A stretch of DNA of 63,156 bases, the filler included, from Aduncisulcus paluster (lineage: Eukaryota), in the NCBI GenBank assembly GCA_024181965.1. It is 15 parts of 15 records of this genome, joined end to end, with 100 filler letters (N's around TTAATTAATTAA, not from the genome) between each part and the next. Parts side by side here need not be neighbours in the genome. Positions count along the whole stretch, not along the records: positions 1 to 2,023 come from BQXS01010224.1; positions 2,124 to 12,124 come from BQXS01010225.1; 13 more parts are not named here. One strand, given 5' to 3'. A program made the position numbers and the translations under genes. Under the pieces are notes generated by a model that was not told the DNA's origin, did not search any database, and was given only the letters and a program-made list of their open reading frames with translations. This document shows, piece after piece, positions 1 through 12,224 of this stretch (within the stretch, counting starts at the first letter, position 1; the number at the start of each line of letters is the position of its first letter).

Positions 1-1230
1 TGGTGGGAAGGGAGAGAAGGACATGGAACATCTGACACATCTGTGACATCTTGGGTGAACACAAGGGAAGTGATATTGAACACTCGACTGTGCGTGTTCC
101 AGATCATCCCTTTCCCTTTAATCTCACACATGACAACATCGCAAAGATCGATAGGAAGGGAATGCCATCCAAACAAATCATGTGATACAGCAAACTCATA
201 CTTCTTGGACGTGTGCTTGCCATCGGAATGAGTGAAAGTGAGAAGCAAGGCAGGAGAACCATAGTCCTGATGCATGCAGACCAGAGCACATTTCACTGTC
301 AGAGGTGAAGAGAAAGAGAGCGACAGAGTGGACACGGATACATCTCCTTCGCCTCGCAGCATCTTCTCTGTCTTCGCACTCACATCATATCCCGACGATC
401 CCTTGCTCTTTGAATCATCTCTTGCTTCTACAGTCATGCTCGAAGGATCAACGATGGTCGGGTCCTCACGTGGAATGGGAACATCGTGCATTCCTCCAGC
501 ATTGATATACTCTGCACTGTAGGGTTGCTAAGAATGGAGAAAGTCAATGATATATGGTTAGGAAATTAATAAAATACAATAATAAAATACAAATTCAATA
601 TAATATGAGAAAAAAGGGGCCAATAATAATGAAAATGGCATTGATAAAAGGAAACAATTTTTAAGAGAAACACATACAGCTTCAGACCATTGTTGTGCAA
701 TTCTTGATTCTCTATCCTCACGTTCAGCCTCCTCAGATGTTGCCGCACGGATGAAAGCAAGCGATTTAATTTGGAAATACCCAGTCGTCTTCCCTTTCCC
801 ATCAATCTTGCACTTGGTCACATCAGGCAGATCAGCGGGCAGATAAAACCAATTCTCGCGCGAAAAGTCTGGAAATGCATAGCAGATAGAGTTCTTCTTC
901 AAAGACGAATCGAAGAAAGTGAAGATAAGATGTGCAGGCGTCGAGATTGAAGAGACACAGATATACACGCCTTTCATGGGCACAGATGATTCGAAAGGAA
1001 TGGAAAGATGGGTGAAGTGGCCAGAATTGGGCTCCCCCTTCATCAATCTTTGAGCCTCGCATTTTTGTTCATGCTGTTTGTCACTTTTCTTCCAGGTTTC
1101 GTCACGTCCTTTGATGTTCTCAAGGGTTCGATAGATAACATTCGGGTCATCACGAGAGATGGGAATACATTCGCTTCCACCTTCATGAATGAACTGTGGT
1201 TCAGCTTGGAGGATCTTGGAACAAGAACAA
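1..1230 (-). CDS. Partial two-exon gene encoding two tandem copies of a lineage-specific ~150-aa domain (exons ~1230..678 and 527..<1; intron 677..528)
   Basis: ORF 558..1271 encodes PQFIHEGG..IPISRDDP..THLSIPF..MKGVYICV..LIFTF..WFYLPADL..CKIDGKG..SLAF. After a GTATGT donor (677) and TTAG acceptor (528, CTAAC ~30 nt upstream), the frame continues QPYSAEYINAGG..VPIPREDP..LSLSF..LLLTFTHSDGK..WHSLPIDL..CEIKGKG..SLVF to the window edge. The start codon is not resolved. Confidence 0.7.
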
Positions 1231-2023
1231 GAACATATATTCGTGATTATATCGATTTGAGGAATATACAAAAAGATAAACTTTCAAGAGATCTAAAAAG
1301 CGTCATTGTCTCCAAAATATTACTTTCAAAAAAACAGAAAACAAAACGAAACCTTGGAGACAAAGAGGGCAAGAGAATGTAAAAATGTAAAAAAAAAAAA
1401 TCATACCTTTCTTGAGAATCGCCCCATATCGTTGTCAAAAGAGCTTTCTTTAGGAAAATATACACTTATACTGCTCAAACGGGATAAAAGAAATCGCCGT
1501 GAAAAGCAAGAAATGCCAGTCTGTAAGCAAGATTGGGATGTGTTTATCTATCTTGATGTTTGATGCGCTGATGGAATGGAGATGTCGTTAACAAAATTTA
1601 TACAATCAACTTATGACGACTTTTAAAATTTCTTATTGTTCAACACTTCCAGAAGTTCTTTCTGTTCCATTTTCGTTTCATACGCCCTCTTTGGCGACAT
1701 CAGTACAATCCCGTATGCACTGATTTAAACGTATTTTCAATGTCCATTCTGTGATTATGCCGATTTCATCGTTTGCCATGTTGGTTCCACTTCCACATCG
1801 ATCAATTCTTGAATTCTCCCATTTTAAGTTTGAGAGAGATAATATTTGTATAGATATGTCATTGAGTTTTATTTTCCAATCAAACGATGCCAAAATTCAT
1901 TCAATAGTTCGTTTGAATCTCAGACAAGTGCTCATCGACCTGATCTGTAAATATGTGTTTCTTTCTTTCTCTGTAAGTAACGTGATCATTCCAAAACACG
2001 GTACAAATTGTTATTTCACTGTA

Positions 2024-2123
2024 NNNNNNNNNNNNNNNNNNNNNNNNNNNNNNNNNNNNNNNNNNNNTTAATTAATTAANNNNNNNNNNNNNNNNNNNNN
2101 NNNNNNNNNNNNNNNNNNNNNNN
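2024..2123. other. Artificial contig-concatenation linker (N44-TTAATTAATTAA-N44); 14 copies, the others at 12125, 13811, 19800, 21539, 25959, 32658, 34530, 36174, 44202, 45713, 57137, 59416 and 61640
   Basis: The same 100-nt spacer, with stops in all six frames, separates unrelated sequences. Confidence 0.98.
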
Positions 2124-3053
2124 GATGGAGAGACACGTTGTGAGTCTCGGGATCTTGTGTGAACTTGTCCATGGGATCACAGTGGATAACTTCACAACCA
2201 AACTTGGTAAGAGCCTCCTCAACCATCTCACTAACCTCTTCTGGAAGGGTCCTCACGAGGCGAGAGGAACGCTGAACGATAGTAACCTTGCTTCCAAGAC
2301 AGGCATAGGCTTCAGACAGCTCACAAGCGATGAAACCTCCACCAACGACAGTGATAGTCTTGGGGACTTCAATTGTGAAGATATTGTTGTTGGTAAGAAG
2401 GCGTCCATGCTTAATCTCACGGAGTCCGGCACATGGAGGAATGAAAGGGGAAGAACCAGTACAAATGAAGATATTCTTGGCGGTGACGAGACGTTCCTCG
2501 GAACAACCAGGCTTGGTTCCAACGGGACGGACAGCAACAGTCTTGGAATCCTTGAAACGAGCTTCATGTTTGAAGAGTTTGTGAAGAGTTTCACCGCTAA
2601 CCATCTTGTTCATCTTCTTCTCAGCAATCTCACTCAAATCAGCTTGTAATGGTCCAACAAGATCCTCATAACGACCCTCATCACCGATGGTCATGTCTTC
2701 AGGCAAGTATTTTTTAACAGTCCGCCAAATACTAGCCTTTTTGAGAATAGCCTTGGATGGAATACAACCAAAACTCATACATTCACCTCCAGTTCTGTTG
2801 GTTTTTTCAATGGCAAGGACATTGAGTCCCATCTTGGCACCCATTCCGGCAATACTCATTCCGCTAACATAATAGAAATATAGAGATAAATAAAAATAAA
2901 TGAAAACACAGCAAAATGACCATAACGAAAAGAATAAACATACGCAGGACCGATACCTATGGTAATAGCATCAAATTTGCATATCCCGGCTCTGGTCTTG
3001 GGAACAGAGTCACAAGATAAAGAAATAAGAGGGGTAGATTCAGATGAAGGCAT
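2124..3053 (-). CDS. Class-I pyridine nucleotide-disulfide oxidoreductase (mercuric reductase / dihydrolipoamide dehydrogenase-like), 3' truncated; exons 3053..2944 and 2863..<2124
   Basis: Splicing the 80-nt GTATGT..TTAG intron (2943..2864) restores the FAD motif FDAITIGIGPAG. Also present: redox motif GGECMSFGCIPSK, ICTGSSP and the NAD motif VVGGGFIACE. Confidence 0.9.
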
Positions 3054-3552
3054 TTGATGACTGATGAACGATTGAACACGACAAATAACATGAATGAACA
3101 GACAAAACAACATGACAGAAATAAGAAGATGTAAAAAAAATATAAAGAATATCTTATATCTAATATAAAAAGCTTAATGAAAACATACTTTCTCTTTCAG
3201 AGTGATCAAAAGATAAAAGGAAGCTCTAAATCAATATTTTAATTTTCTCCAGCTGATGGCTAGGCGTTCGCATTCTCAGTCATAAAATCCAGATTTCGAA
3301 ATCAATCAATATTCAGAGAAAAAATAATAATTAATCAATTTAGCACTAAACAATCAAAGTCATTTTAATCTTTTTAACATCTAGCTCATCATAGATCTCC
3401 GGAAAAATGTTGTCTGGAGGAAGTAATCATCAAATAAGGAAAATAATAAAATGGTGAATTTCATTTTTTGATAGCGATTCCCTCATTTTATCCAAGGAAA
3501 GAACGTAAAATATATCACCAATGTTTTGCATGCTAAAATCGCTTTTTGGAGG

Positions 3553-4091
3553 ATGGGTAAATGTATAATCTGTGCAAAAGCATCTAAATACAAATGTCCA
3601 AACTGTAAAGAAAAATAGTATGTTTGTTGTACTCCATTTTAATAACTAATTCCATTGTTACCAATAACTCACTCCAAAAAATACTTGTTTTCAATAGTTG
3701 TTCTCTAGATTGTTATAAAATTCACCAAGATAAATGTAAAAAAGTGGAGGAAATTGAAACTATTCATCTACCTCTTGGGAAAACGATGGAATTACTTGGA
3801 TCTGAAAAATTGTTACCTATTATCGAGTTATCTGCCGCTCAAAAGAAAAAGTTACAATCAAATGAAAAAATATCGGATTTATTAAAGAAAAAAATGATTC
3901 GAAAGCAATTGAAATTATTCAAATCGATCATGGATTCTCCAGATTATCCAAAACTTCAGGGAATCCCTCAAAAGGGCATCAAACAGCATCTCCTCTCTTC
4001 CTTTTTGGTTGGACAATCTCTAATTGTGAAAGATTTGGGGAGATTAATTTCCGAACTAATGGAATCTGAATACCATCCCCCAAAGAAATAA
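3553..4091 (+). CDS. Zinc finger HIT-domain protein (ZNHIT3/Hit1-like); exons 3553..3617 and 3698..4091
   Basis: Removing the 80-nt GTATGT..ATAG intron (3618..3697) gives MGKCIICAKASKYKCPNCKEKYCSLDCYKIHQDKC, a complete zf-HIT pattern that the ORF track misses. Confidence 0.85.
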
Positions 4092-4196
4092 AACCAGTTG
4101 ATTATCGAGACTGGTCAATAAATTTCATCGATTTCGAGATAATAGATAGAATTATTACTGTACAACCAAGTACAATACAATCAATGACACCTTCTA

Positions 4197-4694
4197 TTAA
4201 TCAAATTTTTCAGTTTGTTCGTCAAGTATGGTAGCAATGTCGACATCGGGATATTGTTTTCCGAATTGTTCAATAATATATTCTTTTGACGTTTTTCTAG
4301 CATCTTTTAATAATTTAGACGATTGTAATTTCATTTCGACAAGCTGACCTTTGAATTCCTCATCGATTAGATCTAATCGAGCTTCAGCTTCTTTTTTCAT
4401 CGATACAAGCGACGATATTTTATCATCCAATTCAAAAATAAGTTGTCTAACCTCACGGGAAACAGTTTTCTTCACCAATTAGTATGGGAAATGACCAAGA
4501 AAAAAAAATTAACATTTCAATGTGAGGATCAAAAATAATGATATATATCAACGTACCTTTTTCTCCATCAACTTTGTTACTGAGGTTTTAATCTTATCTA
4601 AAACAATATCTTCGTATTCTTTCCTATTTTTTACCACTTTTTGCCACAAATATGAAAGATATCGCTGTTGTTCTTCACTTAAATCTTCATACAT
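4197..4694 (-). CDS. Small helical/coiled-coil hypothetical protein; exons 4694..4557 and 4469..4197
   Basis: MYEDLSEEQQRYLSYLWQ...LMEKK, then a GTACGT donor (4556) and a CTAAT..GAAG acceptor (4470), joins in phase 0 to ORF 4197..4478. Confidence 0.6.
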
Positions 4695-4901
4695 GCAATG
4701 ATATCACGAACGTATTGTAGCCAAACGAAAATATGGATAAAGTTTACCAAATGGATGACAAACTTGCAATTATAATTCTCTGAATCTATATGAGCAAATA
4801 ACAGAAATAAAAAGATTAATTTTCGTAAATCCAAGATTTGTTTATTTATTTATGATATTTGATCATGCTATTTTTACTTAGGGCAGAAGTGAAATCGCAT
4901 T

Positions 4902-6275
4902 ATGGATTTGCACACACAACTGAAAATGGAAAAACCATCTGTCCTTGTTCTTGGAGGTCTTGGCTTTATTGGAACTCATTTAGTTAAATTACTGGTGGAA
5001 TCTGATGCCTGTTCTTATATTCGTGTCGTTGACAAACGAATCCCCGAAATGGCCCACTTGACTCCAGATGTGCTCGCCTATTATGATGAAGGAGATGAAG
5101 ATGAGGAAAAGATTCCAATCGTTGATTATGTTCAAGCTGAATTGAAAACAGCAAGAGGAATTGACAAAGCTTTTGCCAGAGATTCTCCATTCACTTTCAT
5201 CTTTAATCTTGCTGGAGAAACTCGTCCAGGACAAGACTTTGCTATTTATCAGCAAACCATCACCACCATTGCCATTAACATTGCTCGTAAAGCCAAAGAA
5301 ACTGGAGGAAAATTGATTTATGTCTCTGATGCCCGTGTTTATCCAGGGGCTCCTAAAGCTTACAAAACCGGACCTGCCACTGAGACTTTCCCCATCGATA
5401 AGGCTGTTACCTTGATAGGAAGGGCCCATGCCGATGCTGAGAAAGTTATCCGTGGTGAGAAACTCCCTTGTATTATTTTGAGACCTGCTGTTGTGTATGG
5501 AANNNNNNNNNNNNNNNNNNNNGAAACTGGAGGAAAATTGATTTATGTCTCTGATGCCCGTGTTTATCCAGGGGCTCCTAAAGCTTACAAAACCGGACCT
5601 GCCACTGAGACTTTCCCCATCGATAAGGCTGTTACCTTGATAGGAAGGGCCCATGCCGATGCTGAGAAAGTTATCCGTGGTGAGAAACTCCCTTGTATTA
5701 TTTTGAGACCTGCTGTTGTGTATGGAAAGGGTGATGTCAGTGGTCTCACTCCCCGTTTGATTTGTTCTATGGTGTATCAACAACTCAAGGAGCCCATGAA
5801 ATTCCTTTGGGATGGAAAGATCAAAATGAACTGTGTCCATGTAATTGATGTTGCCGCTGCGATGTGGCACTGTGCTTTGAATGTACCAATCGGATCTACC
5901 TTCAACCTCGTCGATAGATCTGATCTTGATGTTGGCAAACTCAACGCCATGCTCGAGGGTATCTTCAAGATCAAAACCGGCTTCCATGGAAAAATCATTT
6001 GCGCTGGAGCCAGTGCAGCCATGGGAATGGCCACTAACACTGTGAATGAGAAACACATTCAACCCTGGGCTGATCTGTGCAAGGCCAACAAAGTCAGCAC
6101 ATTTTTGAGCCCCTATTTGGACGCTGACATGCTTGGTAAGAGTTGGCTTTTTGCCAGTGGAGATGCCATCATTAAAACAAAGTTCAAGTACACCCACAGA
6201 ATGATTTCTATCCCACTCCTGAAAGAAGTTTTGGATGATTACGTTGCCAGGAAAATCATTCCCCCATACAAATAA
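4902..6275 (+). CDS. NAD-dependent epimerase/dehydratase (extended SDR family); an internal segment is duplicated across an assembly gap
   Basis: Motifs VLVLGGLGFIG, VVDK, FNLAGET, ILRPAVVYG and VHVIDVAAA. ~5298..5501 is repeated after the N gap. Confidence 0.88.
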   Translation: MDLHTQLKMEKPSVLVLGGLGFIGTHLVKLLVESDACSYIRVVDKRIPEMAHLTPDVLAYYDEGDEDEEKIPIVDYVQAELKTARGIDKAFARDSPFTFIFNLAGETRPGQDFAIYQQTITTIAINIARKAKETGGKLIYVSDARVYPGAPKAYKTGPATETFPIDKAVTLIGRAHADAEKVIRGEKLPCIILRPAVVYGXXXXXXXETGGKLIYVSDARVYPGAPKAYKTGPATETFPIDKAVTLIGRAHADAEKVIRGEKLPCIILRPAVVYGKGDVSGLTPRLICSMVYQQLKEPMKFLWDGKIKMNCVHVIDVAAAMWHCALNVPIGSTFNLVDRSDLDVGKLNAMLEGIFKIKTGFHGKIICAGASAAMGMATNTVNEKHIQPWADLCKANKVSTFLSPYLDADMLGKSWLFASGDAIIKTKFKYTHRMISIPLLKEVLDDYVARKIIPPYK

Positions 6276-6780
6276 GTTTATGTGGGACGAATGTGCATCT
6301 TGGTGCTGTTCACTTGGTTCAAGAGTGTATCATGCACTCTTAAAATGAGTTTTTTAATAAATGAGTAGTCTGCTTGCAGTAGACTGTGCTTAACATGAGG
6401 AATAATTATACAGTAAAAAATTGTTGACATTCAATGCAAAAGTATTAATAATTCTCTACCTATTTTTCATAATAATCCATTCTTTCCCGCTTGTTCGTGG
6501 TGAAATCGAAATCGTTCCATTCAGGTACAATTTGCCAACATTCGGAGAACAATTTCACCAAAAATATGTCCAATATTAAACGGATTCAAAAAGAGCTTGT
6601 TGAATTACAACGTGATAAGCTTACCGGAATCAGTGCATCTCCCTCAGCTGGAAAAGATCTAACTCATTGGGAAGGATTCATTGCTGGTCCTCCTGATAGT
6701 CCATATGAAGGTGGACTCTTCCGCNNNNNNNNNNNNNNNNNNNNAAGTATTAATAATTCTCTACCTATTTTTCATAATAA

Positions 6781-7326
<546 letters not shown>

Positions 7327-7529
7327 ATATTTTGGGAGTTGATTTTCTCAACACTCTTCTATTCATCTCATATCTAATTTTAGATCCTTCAGAGTATCTA
7401 ATTTTCATTTCAACCATGTTATTTTATGTCAGTAAATCTTTCTTTTTTTCAATTATGGCTCGATATTCTAGGCTCCTATATATGTGTATTAATATTTATC
7501 AGTAATATTTTGCCATAGAGCCTATTTAT

Positions 7530-10500
7530 CTATCTATTCTTATTCATTTTGCTATCAAATTCATCAAGTAAAAATCCCCCAAGCTCCTGAAATCCATCAG
7601 AAAGTTCTAAATCCTTTGATATTTTTTCCTCTTCTTCTCTTTCTTGCTGCAACATCTTCTCCTTCTTCCTCTTTTCTCTTTCCTTCCTCTTTCTTTCCCT
7701 TTCTTCCTCTTTTCTCTGGTTCTGCCGAGAGGTCAAAGCAGTGTCGCTAACCAAAACAACCGCCGATCTTCGTTTTTTACCGGTTGATGAGCCGGTAACT
7801 GCCGCCTGTCTTTTCATCTTCGTCGATTCATAATGAAGACTTGAATCACCAATTCCTCGACGTTTTATGGGCTCATCAGTATCGCTGCTTTCTTCCAAAG
7901 CATAAACGATATCAACAGGGGTTTGGGATCTTGATGTGACGGCTGAAGCCGAAGATGAACCGGCCACGGTAGATAGAATGACCGGTTTGTTCTCAGCATC
8001 ATCTTTCTGAACCTGATGTGAGCTAGTGAGTTGTTCAATTTTTCGCAAACATGCAAATACATCATCGATTCCATGAATATCTGAAGACGGATGGATAATG
8101 CCATCAGTCTTCAGATTTGATTCTTTTTCTTCCTGTTTCTGATGATAATCCTCGAATTTTGCTTCGATTCTAACCGGAACAGCTCCACCGGCCAGAACCG
8201 AAGAATCTGGCCGCTCATCTTTTACAGGTTTGAGCCGGCCAACTCTGATATCATGATTCGTCTGATCTTCTTCTGTTTTTATAGTGATACCACCTTCCAA
8301 CTTCACAGTATCTTCCAATAGAGTCCCTGAGATATCTGTTTTATATTCTTTTCTATCTTTCTCCGGCATTCTTCGACGTGAATCGATACCGTCTTTCTCC
8401 TTATTCACATTTGAAGAAGAACCATGTTGCTGATCCTCACTGACGCAACGCCACAGGCATTTCTTCGAATCAAGGGGTTCTTTCCTCTTAACGTATTCCA
8501 TTTCTCCCCATTCAAGCATCGATCCTTCGGCCATTGATGACGCCTTAATCAACCCCCAGTGTGATTTGAGTGAGTACACAAGGGAGGAATCTTTGTGCGC
8601 AATACGAGTATCTTGGGCGCATTCGTGGATATACAACAAGTATTTTAATTGTCGTAAACTACATCTATCATTGCATTTCTTCATGAACTCTTTGAAAACA
8701 CTTCCTTGTGGAGTTGTCCAGATACTTGGGTCAATCAAGCTCGTGTGGACTGTAAAAACTTGATCTCCGTCAACAGCAAAAGAAGTAGGAAAAGCGACGT
8801 CGTCATATCCAAGGTATTTGATCAAATAATTGACGGCCTTAACGGGTTTCTTATCCCTTTTCCCCTTCAAAATCACATACCGTTCTGAGGAACTGCCTCT
8901 TGAAGAAACAAGATGTGTCATGGAGAAATGGTCAAAGAAAATGGATAAAATGAACAGAATATCATTCGAAAAAGTTGTGTATGGTTCAAATACACGTAAA
9001 ATAGCATCACCGCCAACACACGTCAGAGCAAGAATAATACAGGCNNNNNNNNNNNNNNNNNNNNGTTGTCCAGATACTTGGGTCAATCAAGCTCGTGTGG
9101 ACTGTAAAAACTTGATCTCCGTCAACAGCAAAAGAAGTAGGAAAAGCGACGTCGTCATATCCAAGGTATTTGATCAAATAATTGACGGCCTTAACGGGTT
9201 TCTTATCCCTTTTCCCCTTCAAAATCACATACCGTTCTGAGGAACTGCCTCTTGAAGAAACAAGATGTGTCATGGAGAAATGGTCAAAGAAAATGGATAA
9301 AATGAACAGAATATCATTCGAAAAAGTTGTGTATGGTTCAAATACACGTAAAATAGCATCACCGCCAACACACGTCAGAGCAAGAATAATACAGGCTTGA
9401 GCTATGAACATTCTTCGTGACACAAGCCCTTGAATAGCATAAACGTTGTCCTGACCGACATGTTCGGCTCCATCACAGACCATCAATCGAACACCATTCC
9501 GCTGAGTCTTCTGAAAGACATGATTAATAAAGCTTTGACAATCCATGATTTGAGCAATATCTCCAGTTCCACTAACGCCGTGAAACTCTTCGACAATGGC
9601 CATCGGGGAGAGCTTCGACCACATGGAGTGGGACTGGCGGGGTCTGGGATCGAATTGCATGTGAGTGATATCCAACAAACGAGGGCAATACAACCCAATC
9701 GGACGCCTTATTTTAGTGTGCATATCAGCACCACCACGAGGACCACGCTCCCTCCCACGCGAGAACTTTCCTCTTGGTATTGGTGGGAATTTAGACCCAG
9801 GCCGACCATATCTCCCACCTCGCATGTGATGTGGGAAAGAATAATGTTTTGTATCAACAGATTGCCCACCGGATGGTACCATGGAAGGATTAGCTTCTTG
9901 TTGTTGAATTTCAAGAGCTCTCATCTCTGCTGCCCATTCTTCCTTCAATTCCATGCATGTTGTCATATTATAATCAACACTCACGCGTTGAAGCATAAAG
10001 ACCCAGTATTCCATCCATGATAGGGCTCCAAATGAAGCTACGGGAACAATGTAATCAGCAGCCTTACGATAGTCGGTCCCAGTCTGCTCAGTTGATCCAT
10101 GTAATGCACGGTATTGCTCAGATCTATTTAGAGTCCTCATTATCTCAGTCTCAGCAGGAGGGTGAGAAATACTTAAATTGGTAAGGGAATCAATAATAGA
10201 AAGATGTGAATCTATTTCAGCAGCTTTAAAGGCACCTCTACCAGAAAATGGATTAAAAGATAGGGATTCAAACGGAGAAGAACGTTTCCTTGCATCAGAA
10301 AATTGAGTTTCAGTTAAAAAATCAAAAGACTCCTTCACTTCATGGATGGCTTTGGGATAAAATCTAGAGGAAAATCCATCTTCGCAGCAGGATTTTAAAT
10401 ATAAATTTAATGATATTTCTTCTTTTGTCATCTTCATTTTGTCGAAGGATAACAACTTATCAGTTTTAGGCTTCTTTTGACCACTATGATCGATAAAACG

Positions 10501-10569
10501 GGTATCATTCGATGATCTACCAACTATATTATGTAGCCAATCTATACTTTGTTTAATTGGCCACTTCAT
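7530..10569 (-). CDS. Cap-specific mRNA 2'-O-methyltransferase CMTR1-like (RrmJ/FtsJ fold), divergent; split in the ORF track by a gap duplication
   Basis: Motifs collinear with CMTR1: ARKRSSPFE, GRGAFKAAEID, GTGDI, GVRLMVCDG, GGDAILRVFEPYTTFS, SSRGSSSERYVILKG and FKEFMKKCND. Long charged C-terminal tail. Confidence 0.8.
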
Positions 10570-11132
10570 TCCAAGCAAAGAGATGGATTGAGATCCGTGC
10601 GATAATTATAAGGTATTGTAAATTATTTAGTTGATATATTAATACAGATTAGTAATGTATTATAGAAGAGAATATTCTTCTTGTTACTACAATATAAATT
10701 AACGAGATATGAATGTTCTCGCGCTAATTTCTGGTATTTTGCAAATCCTGACTTTAAATTTTATTAATCTATAAAAACTGGGAGTAAAGATAAAATATGT
10801 CTTCCATATTTCGTGATATTAACTATTTCCCCCTTGTTCACTCATTTCTTCCGATTTTTCAGCCAAAAAACACCCAAAAATCTCGCAAATTAAACCCAAT
10901 TTTACTGAAACAATTTATCGTAAAATCCTAGTGTTTAAAAATTTAGCGAGAACCTGTTACGTCCTATAAATAAACTTTCTTTGATTTTTTACTGTCAGCG
11001 AGTACTCAAAATATTCTTGTATTTTGAATGTCAATTATTTAAAGTAATTGGAAGTAAATAGAGAATACAATCCCCAAAAAGGATTTGATCCTCATTGAGA
11101 AGTAATCTCGAAAATCGTTGTCTTTTCTTTGC

Positions 11133-12124
11133 ATGGATCAGTTTTCAGAAGAACAATTGGCCGAATTAGCCTCAGATGAATTAGACAGACAAACATGGAT
11201 CTTTCAATTTATGTATTTACAGTCTCTACAGTATGTTCACATTTCAATCCGTTTTCCCCTTACAATTTGTTTGCTATTCACCTTGTATTAATAATAATTT
11301 ATTTTATTTCATCCAATTATCCTTTGTAAAAATGTTATTTCCGCTATTAGAGTTGTGAATCATACAGTATTGATATCCACTGCCATTAAGATTCTTCGAC
11401 GATTCTATGCTCAAATTCCAACAAGAAACTTGCAAAAACACCCAATGCTAATATATGCCCCGGCCTGTTTTTTGTCTGCTTACAAAGGATGTGAATCAAG
11501 GATTCGTGTTGCCTCAACTCATGTGATTATCGATGTTTTGATTGAATATCTCAAAATTAAGTATCTTGTTGATAAATCGATGCCATCTAAATATCCCGAA
11601 TCAGATTTTGATAAAAAATATAAGGAAGTTCTTAAAAAATATTCTCAAACAAAACAAAGCCCGAGTCCCATGTATCACGAATTGTCTCAAATATTTGTTC
11701 CGTTCATTATTCGAGGTGAAATAGCTGTTTTAATTAGTGTTGGCTTCGATTCGACTCCTGTCAAACTCCCAGACCTTACGTATTGTCTGGGTGTTTGTGT
11801 TTATCAGCGTTGTGTTCAATTACTGGAATACAGCAAATATTTACAAAAAGAATCAGATCCAGATGCAGAGAGAATCGAAACTATCGATGAATCGGAACCA
11901 ATCGCTTCAATACTTCGGAGGGCCTCGCATGAATCGAAGAAGACTTCTTCTCCTTCCAGAGTTCCCAGAGCATATAAATTCAAAAATAAGGATCAAATTG
12001 GGCATATCAACATTGATGGAGTGTCGTACCGAGATATTGAAGTTGTTCAGTGTTTCTCAGAGCTCTCCATAGCTAAACAGTTTATATATGGCATAGAAAT
12101 AGATTCTGACGAAGCCCCCGAACC
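11133..12124 (+). CDS. Transcriptional cyclin-like protein (cyclin H/C-type N-terminal cyclin box), 3' truncated; exons 11133..11230 and 11351..>12124
   Basis: STAIKILRRFYA..HPMLIYAPACFLSAYKGCE resembles the cyclin H/C box. A 120-nt GTATGT..TTAG intron joins an upstream ATG exon in frame. Confidence 0.6.
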
Positions 12125-12224
12125 NNNNNNNNNNNNNNNNNNNNNNNNNNNNNNNNNNNNNNNNNNNNTTAATTAATTAANNNNNNNNNNNNNNNNNNNN
12201 NNNNNNNNNNNNNNNNNNNNNNNN

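Noticed and set aside
1960..1980. Minus-strand ACAGAGA as a U6 snRNA box
   Set aside because: Not followed by AGAUUAGC or the U6 internal stem-loop.
2068..2079. Recurrent TTAATTAATTAA motif as a biological repeat
   Set aside because: Always embedded in N44 runs; it is a six-frame-stop concatenation linker. It also rules out any operon or synteny inference across contigs.
4989..6197. Long antisense ORFs (4989..6197, 2125..2649, 9430..10020, 47432..48106, 49112..50020)
   Set aside because: Shadows of real genes on the opposite strand, caused by codon bias; no motifs.
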